Source of the DNA: Candidatus Azotimanducaceae bacterium
GTDB taxonomy: Bacteria > Pseudomonadota > Gammaproteobacteria > Pseudomonadales > Azotimanducaceae
NCBI GenBank assembly: GCA_051278195.1
Contig: JBNMQM010000022.1
Coordinates: 864 to 64,863 of the forward strand
DNA length: 64,000 bases
Direction: 5' to 3'
The position numbers and the translations under genes were made by a program. Position 1 is the stretch's first letter, and the number at the start of each line of letters is the position of its first letter. Shown piece by piece: positions 57,783 through 64,000 of this stretch. The notes under the pieces were generated by a model. That model was not told the DNA's origin. It worked only from the letters and a program-made list of their open reading frames with translations, and did not search any database.

Positions 57783-57930
57783 CTTTTTCCTTTAGTGGTT
57801 TCTAATTCGGTATTTTTTGCAGATATGGTTCCGCTAAAAAGCGTGAACTCTATGTGAATAACCAACAGTCTTCTTCATCACTAGATTAGAGGCTGCCGAT
57901 ACCATGCCACATAAGCGGTTCGGCACCGCC

Positions 57931-58803
57931 TCAAGCATTAAAGCGCTGAGCCAGCTCTGCATATTTCTCGACCAACGGCAGCACAGTCACTGCGTCCTCC
58001 GATGGCAAGGCGAAGATCACACGATCAAAGCCAACGTCTATCAATTGTTCAACAACCTCAGGATCTGGTCCTACGCCAAAAATGCTGAATTGCGGCTGGC
58101 CTTCACGGCCAGCCGCAGCCCAGGCCTCTCGAGTCTTTGCAATGCCATCCGCATAGTTCACCGCACCGCTTGCTTTGGTACGGGCAGGATCTTGATAAAT
58201 AGGGAACCAACCATCGCAGTATTCAGCGATGCGTTTGTAAACATACTTGGAAGATGCACCCAGAAGCACCGGCGGGCCGCCCGCTTGCCTGGGTTTTGGG
58301 TATGCCCAGAGTTTCTCGAACTCCACAAACTCGCCATGAAATTCTGCTTCTTGTTCAGTCCAAATCTGGCGCATCGCTAGAACACGCTCACGTAGTACTT
58401 TCCAGCGGTCAGCATAGCGCGTGCCATGATGCTCCATTTCCTCGGCATTCCAGCCTGCCCCAACACCCAAAATTAAGCGCCCTCCCGATAAAAAATCCAA
58501 ACTTGCCGCTTGTTTTGCCATCAATATCGGGTCTCGCTCGGTCACCAGGGCAATGCCAGTACCTACCTTAATGGTCTTCGTCACGCTCGCCGCCATGGTC
58601 AATGCGACAAACGGATCATGCGCGTGCCAATACTGCTTCGGCAGATCGGCCCCACCCGGCCAGGGCGATTTACGACTCACTGGTATATGTGTGTGTTCCG
58701 GAAAAAATAGCGATTCGAAACCGTGTGCTTCCGCCTCTCGAGCGAGAACATCAGGCCCGAGGGCGTAATCGGTGGCGAAAATGAGAAGTCCAAAATTAGT
58801 CAT
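57931..58803 (-). CDS. LLM-class (luciferase-like) flavin/F420-dependent oxidoreductase
   Basis: FESLFFPEHTHIP, GTGIALVTERDP and LSGGRLILGVGAGW are typical luciferase-like monooxygenase blocks. Confidence 0.85.
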   Translation of the reverse strand: MTNFGLLIFATDYALGPDVLAREAEAHGFESLFFPEHTHIPVSRKSPWPGGADLPKQYWHAHDPFVALTMAASVTKTIKVGTGIALVTERDPILMAKQAASLDFLSGGRLILGVGAGWNAEEMEHHGTRYADRWKVLRERVLAMRQIWTEQEAEFHGEFVEFEKLWAYPKPRQAGGPPVLLGASSKYVYKRIAEYCDGWFPIYQDPARTKASGAVNYADGIAKTREAWAAAGREGQPQFSIFGVGPDPEVVEQLIDVGFDRVIFALPSEDAVTVLPLVEKYAELAQRFNA

Positions 58804-59032
58804 GAAATTAGCCTCGCAGATTTGATTTGAGTTTTACCCGATGGTTTATGTCGCCTGTATCTGCTTTTGGCTCTGCAAACTGGCCATCGTTACTGCCATT
58901 CCCAGACACTCGGCCCGCATCGGCCAAATTAATTTGCTTTGTCCGTTACCCGGAGTGTCTTGCAGCGGGTTCGATAAATAATCAGCGGCAAAAAAGGGAT
59001 GTTAATTATCCAATACCCACAGAGAGCAGCAT

Positions 59033-59896
59033 TCACGCTTTGACCACGGGATTTCGTAGCGTCCCGATCTTGTCCGCCGTGAGCTCGACCACATCCCCGT
59101 CCTTGAGGAACAGGTTCTGGAAGTGCCCGACGCCGGACGGTGAGCCGGTGATGATGACGTCGCCCGGGTCGAGGCGCATGAAGCGTGACACGTAGGCGAT
59201 GCAACTCGGCAGGGAGTGCACAAACTCCGTTGTCCGGGCGTCCTGACGGAGCTCGCCATTCACTCGGGTTTCGAGGTGAATGTTCAGCGGTAGCTCAAAC
59301 TCGTCCGCGGTCACAAGGGCAGGGCCCATGGGTTTAAAGCTATCCATGCCTTTAGCGTGACTCAGCTCGAACTGCGGACCTGTCATAGCCTGAGACTGGA
59401 TGTCACGCGCGGAAACGTCGTTCGCCAGCGTATAACCGGCAACGTGGGAGAGCGCCTCGGCCGCCGTTATAGCTGTGCCACCTTGGCCGATAACGACGGC
59501 GAGTTCGATCTCGTAATCGACCCGCTCTGGCGCGATCTTAGGAAGGACGATCGGGTCCTCCGGGCCAATTACAGCGCTGCCAGGGGCGAGGAAAAAGATG
59601 GGGTCCGTGGGCACCTCAATACCCATGCGCGCTAGCGCCTCCTTGGTTTCCGCCACATGGCTTGTGTAGTTGATGCCGATACCGATTACCTTACCGGGCT
59701 TTAAGACAGGCGCGAGGAGCACAATGTCTTCAAGTGTTGTTCGCCTGAGCACGCTGGCGCTTCGGGCCCGCGTGAGTTGGGGGTCGACAGCGAGCAGCGC
59801 ACCGAGGTCCTGCTCTGCAAGGTCAAGGATCTCTAATGTGCCATCGGCCGCCTCGCGAGCGATGCCCTGATTTGTAGTGAAAAGCTTCATAGTCAT
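59033..59896 (-). CDS. fumarylacetoacetate hydrolase (FAH) family protein
   Basis: KVIGIGINYTSHVAE, DYEIELAVVIG, NDVSARD and ITGSPSGVG motifs. High GC (37/60 at 59041-59100). Confidence 0.9.
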   Translation of the reverse strand: MTMKLFTTNQGIAREAADGTLEILDLAEQDLGALLAVDPQLTRARSASVLRRTTLEDIVLLAPVLKPGKVIGIGINYTSHVAETKEALARMGIEVPTDPIFFLAPGSAVIGPEDPIVLPKIAPERVDYEIELAVVIGQGGTAITAAEALSHVAGYTLANDVSARDIQSQAMTGPQFELSHAKGMDSFKPMGPALVTADEFELPLNIHLETRVNGELRQDARTTEFVHSLPSCIAYVSRFMRLDPGDVIITGSPSGVGHFQNLFLKDGDVVELTADKIGTLRNPVVKA

Positions 59897-59957
59897 GTCC
59901 TCTTATTTGTAAAAAATCGGATGTTTGGCTATAGAATTAAACGGCCGCCGTCTGGGC

Positions 59958-61658
59958 TCAACTGTTGCCCTGTGGCAGAATTTGCTCAAGGGCCGAGTGC
60001 AGTTCTGCGGTTGCATCTGCAGACGGCCCCATCGCGCGCCAGCCCACGTGTCCGTCGGGGCGCACCAGCAAGGCGCCATTGTCTGCAATTTCACGCACGG
60101 CGGCCCAGGCGCCCTCGGGATCTCGGACCGCCGCATGAGCGCCGATCATCGTAACCGGGATACCCATACCTTCTGCGGCGTCGCGCCATGCGGCTCCACC
60201 GTCACCGGTGAGCAGGGTAGGGGCGCGGCGATCGATCAGGTCGAGGGTTGAAATCAGCGCTTCACCCTTGTGTACCCACGCATGCGGTAAGCGGGAACCC
60301 GGTCTCGTGCAGGGTACGTAGTCCGTCACAATGTTTGCGGGTTCTTGGTGCGTGGTGCCGTCCGAGACAATGGCACCGCGCTCATAGCTGTAACCAAAGT
60401 CGAGGCCAAACGTGTCGAAGTGCTCGGCCTGATTTTCGATGGCTGCCTGCACACGTGCCGCGCGTTCCGGCGCCGCTGCGAGCGTGCGGATTTGTTCTCG
60501 TGCCGCCACCATGTCGAGTTCAGCGGGTACGTCTAGCGCGGCTACCACCTCTGTCATCTTGTGGTGATTGGCGAGGCTGACGCGCGTGTTGGCTATAGCA
60601 ATATCGCGTCGTTCCAACTCATAGGTCGCAAGCAGATTTATGCCCGCTCGTTTGTCGCAAACGGCTGCAACCTTCCAGGCGAGATTAAATGCATCGGCCA
60701 GCCCAGTATTCAACCCCAGACCACCTGACGGCGGAAAACGGTGCGCTGCATCACCAAGCAGCCATGTGGAGCCGTCGCCGTAGCGCTCGGCCACCTCGGC
60801 GGATAAAGCCCAGGTGGCGCGTGATACGAACTCGAAGGGATGGTCTGTGCCAATCGCACGTTCAATCATGCCGCGGCAGGTTGCTTCATCGAAATGCTCG
60901 GGTGTCAGCGCGTTTTGATTGTAGGGCGCCATGTAAACCCAGTTCGAGTCGATGTCATGGGCAATAAAGATGCCTGGCTCCTCAGGATCAAGGTGCCAGT
61001 AGAGCACGGCTGGTCGATCGCCAACAACATCTCGCAGGTTAGCTTTGAAGTGCACGTTGACCCAGGTTTCCAAGCAAGCGGGCCCCTGCAGATCGATCCC
61101 ACGCGCGCGCCGGACGCTGCTTCCGGCGCCATCACAGCCAAGCAGGAAGCGGCTGTGTATCTCTTCAACCGCGCCGCTGGCTCGGTCCAGCACCCGCGAG
61201 GTAACACCGTCGGCGGCCGACTCCATAGATTGCCAGTCGTGGCAAAAATCAACGGGTGCACCGGCTTTCTCGGCATGTTGCAGTAAGATCGGCTCCAAAC
61301 GATGCTGCGAGATGTTGGTGAACGGCGCTGGGCCGAGGGTAAATATTTTGACAGTGCGCTCGGGCGTAGCAAGGTTAAGTCGACCGAGCGACGGACCCGC
61401 AAGCGTATGGGTCCACTCGATGCCCATGATATCTGTGGGTGCGCTTGAGACTGCACGCAAACTCACCTCATCGACACCGGCGGCACGAAAGATCTCCATG
61501 CTTCGGCCACTAATCACGTGCGCCTGAGGCGACAGATGGAGACCCTCGCGCCGTTCGATGACGCGGTTGGCCACACCGAGTTGGCTAAGCAGAATTGAGC
61601 AAGTAAGCCCAACCGGTCCTGCGCCGACGATGAGGACCTCGGTGCTAGACGTATTCAT
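59958..61658 (-). CDS. FAD-dependent aromatic-ring monooxygenase (PheA/TfdB-type, with C-terminal thioredoxin-like domain)
   Basis: VLIVGAGPVGLT (G-x-G-x-x-G), CDGAGSSVR and GDAAHRFPPSGGLGLNTGLADAFNLAWK. 566 aa. Very high GC (42/60 at 60001-60060). Confidence 0.9.
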   Translation of the reverse strand: MNTSSTEVLIVGAGPVGLTCSILLSQLGVANRVIERREGLHLSPQAHVISGRSMEIFRAAGVDEVSLRAVSSAPTDIMGIEWTHTLAGPSLGRLNLATPERTVKIFTLGPAPFTNISQHRLEPILLQHAEKAGAPVDFCHDWQSMESAADGVTSRVLDRASGAVEEIHSRFLLGCDGAGSSVRRARGIDLQGPACLETWVNVHFKANLRDVVGDRPAVLYWHLDPEEPGIFIAHDIDSNWVYMAPYNQNALTPEHFDEATCRGMIERAIGTDHPFEFVSRATWALSAEVAERYGDGSTWLLGDAAHRFPPSGGLGLNTGLADAFNLAWKVAAVCDKRAGINLLATYELERRDIAIANTRVSLANHHKMTEVVAALDVPAELDMVAAREQIRTLAAAPERAARVQAAIENQAEHFDTFGLDFGYSYERGAIVSDGTTHQEPANIVTDYVPCTRPGSRLPHAWVHKGEALISTLDLIDRRAPTLLTGDGGAAWRDAAEGMGIPVTMIGAHAAVRDPEGAWAAVREIADNGALLVRPDGHVGWRAMGPSADATAELHSALEQILPQGNS

Positions 61659-61695
61659 AGTAAAACCACGAAAGGTACTTTAGTCAGCTGTATGT

Positions 61696-62358
61696 TCATT
61701 TTTTATCCTTGCTAATACCGTGCAGCACAATGTCCATCACGGCATCAGCCATGGCAAGTGCACGCGACTGCTCAGTGGGGTCAAAGTTATGTACGCGCTG
61801 AACTAACGGCGCAGCGACAATAAACGACAGAACGGCCCCGTTCATCATGCTCATCAAGTACAACGGATCCGGTGAATTTTCGATTTCTGTGGCGTCTTCG
61901 ATCATGCTCAACATTGTCGCCTCGAAGGGTGCGTAATAATGTTGGGCCAAACGGTCCAGTCGAGGGCCAGGCGAGAAGGATTCAATCGCTACCAATCGAT
62001 GAAGTTCCGGGCGCTCCGCAGAAAACAGAGCGTACCGCCGATATAACAGACGCAATCGTTGCGCGGGTTCTATGCCCTGAAGCTCCACGGCTGCATCCTT
62101 AAATGTGCGCCAAAAACCACTCCATAACTCTTCCACCACTGCATCCCATAACGACCCCTTGTTGCCAAAGTAATAGCTCACGAGTGGGTGGCGAACGCCT
62201 GCAAGATCTGCAATTTTCGCAATTCTTGCGCCTTCAAACCCATGTTCAGTAAAATTTTTAATCGCTGCACGGAGGATATCTTCGCGCGCAGGACCTTGTT
62301 CGGCCGGGCGACGGCCCCTGGTGCTTTTGGTGCTTTTGGTGCTTTTTGAATCTGTCAT
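61696..62358 (-). CDS. TetR-family transcriptional regulator
   Basis: N-terminal HTH ILRAAIKNFTEHGFEGARIAKIADLAGVRHPLVSYYFGNK. Divergent from the 62544 gene. Confidence 0.9.
   Translation of the reverse strand: MTDSKSTKSTKSTRGRRPAEQGPAREDILRAAIKNFTEHGFEGARIAKIADLAGVRHPLVSYYFGNKGSLWDAVVEELWSGFWRTFKDAAVELQGIEPAQRLRLLYRRYALFSAERPELHRLVAIESFSPGPRLDRLAQHYYAPFEATMLSMIEDATEIENSPDPLYLMSMMNGAVLSFIVAAPLVQRVHNFDPTEQSRALAMADAVMDIVLHGISKDKK
62320..62346. repeat. 9-bp in-frame tandem repeat (GGTGCTTTT x3) encoding STK x3 at the TetR N-terminus
   Basis: Read directly from the sequence. Confidence 0.9.
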
Positions 62359-62397
62359 TTGACAGTAAGTTAAATATAATTTACGCTTTTGTCAAAT
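62357..62397. promoter_or_regulatory. inverted repeat ATTTGACA-n25-TGTCAAAT with AT-rich near-palindromic centre (candidate TetR operator)
   Basis: Read directly from the sequence. It abuts the TetR start codon in the divergent spacer. Confidence 0.35.
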
Positions 62398-62543
62398 ATT
62401 AAACGGCGCGTTTGGTGAAATTCTACCCATGCGACTCCCAGAGCGGATTGCATCTGGATACGCCGTGTTGTGACACAGCCGGGTGAATAGTCAGGTGGAT
62501 AGTCACGCTCGGATTTTTCGGCGAACAAACACAGGAGCTCAGC

Positions 62544-63203
62544 ATGCAAAAACACGGCCGACTGCCAGAAACAGCTGTTTCACGAGGTAAAATCGCACCC
62601 GTAAAATTTGCACATGTGGTCCTTCGAACGGGTCGTTACGAAAAAATGATCAGCTGGTACAAGACAGTGCTGGAAGCACAAGCAATGTATGCCAACGATT
62701 TTGTGACCTTTCTCACCTACGACGATGAGCATCATCGCATTGCCATCGCCAAAGCGCCGGCGCTTTTGCCGAAGTTGCGCACGCAATCAGGCGTTGATCA
62801 TATGGCCTTCACCTATGCGACATTAGAAGATTTGCTGGCCACCTACGAAAGAATCCGCGCCCTGGACATCCACCCTTATTGGTGCATCATTCACGGCGGG
62901 ACTACTTCCATGTACTACAAGGATCCCGACGACAATCATGTGGAATTACAAATAGACAACTTTAGTACGCCCGAGGAAATAAACGCGTTTCTCGACGGAC
63001 CACAATTTTCAGAAAACCCCATCGGTGAAGACTTCGACCCGCACGAGATGGTTGATCGATTTAACGCCGGCGTATCACCAAACGAGCTAATTAAGCTGCG
63101 TAAAACTGGTCCCCGTGGACCAGAAACGATACCCATCAGTAATATCGGACTGATTCAGGGTACGTTGATCAGGATCGCTGCGAAGCTAGGGCTTTTGCCC
63201 TGA
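62544..63203 (+). CDS. VOC-superfamily protein, single-domain extradiol ring-cleavage dioxygenase-like
   Basis: KFAHVVLRTGRYEKMISWYKTVL...DEHHRIAI...VDHMAFTY...GGTTSMYYKDPDDNHVELQ. The H, H and E metal-ligand spacing fits glyoxalase/extradiol dioxygenases. A CAGGAG RBS is present. Confidence 0.7.
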   Translation: MQKHGRLPETAVSRGKIAPVKFAHVVLRTGRYEKMISWYKTVLEAQAMYANDFVTFLTYDDEHHRIAIAKAPALLPKLRTQSGVDHMAFTYATLEDLLATYERIRALDIHPYWCIIHGGTTSMYYKDPDDNHVELQIDNFSTPEEINAFLDGPQFSENPIGEDFDPHEMVDRFNAGVSPNELIKLRKTGPRGPETIPISNIGLIQGTLIRIAAKLGLLP

Positions 63204-63428
63204 ACTGACTCGAGGATAGGGGCGCGCGCGGCGATGATGGGTGGGACACCGACGCCATAATGTCTTAGCGACACAAACCCGTGCCAAGACTCGGTCGATG
63301 ACACATTACAGGTGGTTGCTACCATGTGATTGGGCGTGGACTGGAATGCCGCAACATCTTTGATCAAGACATTGCTAAACGTGACTTTCGTAACGCTTAG
63401 GTGTTGGTCTGGAAAACACTGAGGCTTT

Positions 63429-63740
63429 ATGTTTCGCCTGCGCAGTGATGTCGAATCATTATCACCTGCTTGTAAGAGTTCGGCAGAAACCTTTGGGCAA
63501 GATGAAGTTTGGGCCGGTGACGTGACCTACCTAAGAACAGCCGGAGGCTGGATGTACTTAGCGAAATTGATGGCTTTATATGCGCGGCGAATATTAGGGT
63601 GCATATCGATAAACGTATGACGACTGATTGAATTAGCAAAGCACTGGTGAAAGCGTACAACCTAGGACATCCGGCGAAAGGGTTGGTCTTTCATAGTGAT
63701 CGCGGTTCCCAATACACCCGTAAGGTAAGCGCCTAATTAT
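63429..63740 (+). mobile_element. IS3-family transposase internal fragment (with internal stop/frameshift)
   Basis: DEVWAGDVTYLRTAGGWMYLAKLMALYARRILG..., then KRMTTD*ISKALVKAYNLGHPAKGLVFHSDRGSQYT, then truncated. Confidence 0.7.
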
Positions 63741-63761
63741 CCGTATCTTCACTTGATCTAA

Positions 63762-64000
63762 AAAATCTGCGACCTTGCAGCCTTCCATTATCCCGAAGCA
63801 TTACAAGATCAAACGATTACCTCGCAAGACCAAGCCATTGAAGAGATCCGGGCGGATCGAGACAATATCATCGAGCAACTCACGCTTGCGCTGAAGCGCG
63901 AGTTTGGTCGTTCTTGTGAAGCGTCGCCAGGCCAGCAAGACTTGTTTAATGAAGCCGAGACCGAGGTAGACCCTGATGAAGATGCAGGCGCTGGGCAAAA
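63762..64000 (+). mobile_element. IS66-family transposase (TnpC) N-terminal region, runs off the right edge, apparently lacking its own start
   Basis: My translation gives ...PEALQDQTITSQDQAIEEIRADRDNIIEQLTLALKREFGRSCEASPGQQDLFNEAETEV... The L-x-x-x-R-F-G-x-S-x-E ... LFNEAE pattern is typical of the IS66 TnpC N-terminus. Confidence 0.55.

Noticed and set aside
59903-61527. Many 60-180-aa ORFs on both strands inside the FAD-monooxygenase gene (for example 60840-61286, 60905-61456 and 61045-61527)
   Set aside because: These are typical stop-poor alternative frames of a ~70% GC gene. They are rich in Arg, Pro and Ala, show no motifs, and are fully nested in a gene with clear FAD-monooxygenase signatures.
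63155-63367. 70-aa minus-strand ORF between the dioxygenase-like gene and the IS3 fragment
   Set aside because: It overlaps the 3' end of the VOC gene and has no recognisable motif or RBS. The region is more likely junction debris.

Overview
The window looks like chromosomal DNA from a Gram-negative bacterium, given a TonB-dependent receptor and lipoprotein signal peptides. By gene content it is probably a marine or oligotrophic gammaproteobacterium, but that is inference only. Background GC is roughly 45-50% in hand-counted lines. I support about 55 intact protein genes. Most are oxidoreductases and hydrolases: 4 SDRs, 2 cytochrome P450s, a Rieske oxygenase, TauD-like, LLM, FAD-monooxygenase and extradiol-dioxygenase-like enzymes, 2 GSTs, 3 alpha/beta hydrolases and 2 amidohydrolases. 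There are also transporters (MATE, GPH/MFS, TonB receptor), regulators (LysR, TetR, a hybrid histidine kinase) and two clear housekeeping genes (trpS, ggt). I found no rRNA, tRNA or CRISPR array. Gene debris is unusually common: frameshifted or truncated remnants of a lysozyme-like gene, an Lrp/AsnC regulator, an SDR, a GNAT, a TIR-domain gene and a MATE pump, plus three IS fragments (two IS3, one IS66). The most interesting loci are these. (1) An IS-scarred islet at 27.7-32.4 kb carries hipB-hipA plus an orphan DUF2130 Zn-ribbon/coiled-coil/nuclease-like gene. (2) An 898-aa protein combines a degenerate receiver, a metallo-beta-lactamase fold and two cNMP-binding-like domains. It lies between direct copies of a ~50-bp repeat that belongs to a small local repeat family. 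(3) A TIR-domain stub ends in an 8-bp microsatellite and sits next to an alpha/beta-hydrolase fused to a polytopic membrane domain. (4) A cluster encodes a Rieske oxygenase, a P450, a tetraheme cytochrome c, a TauD-like enzyme and a TonB receptor. (5) Two high-GC patches look foreign (44.2-45.9 kb and 59.0-61.7 kb), the second close to IS debris. All family assignments rest on motifs read by eye. No database search was run.
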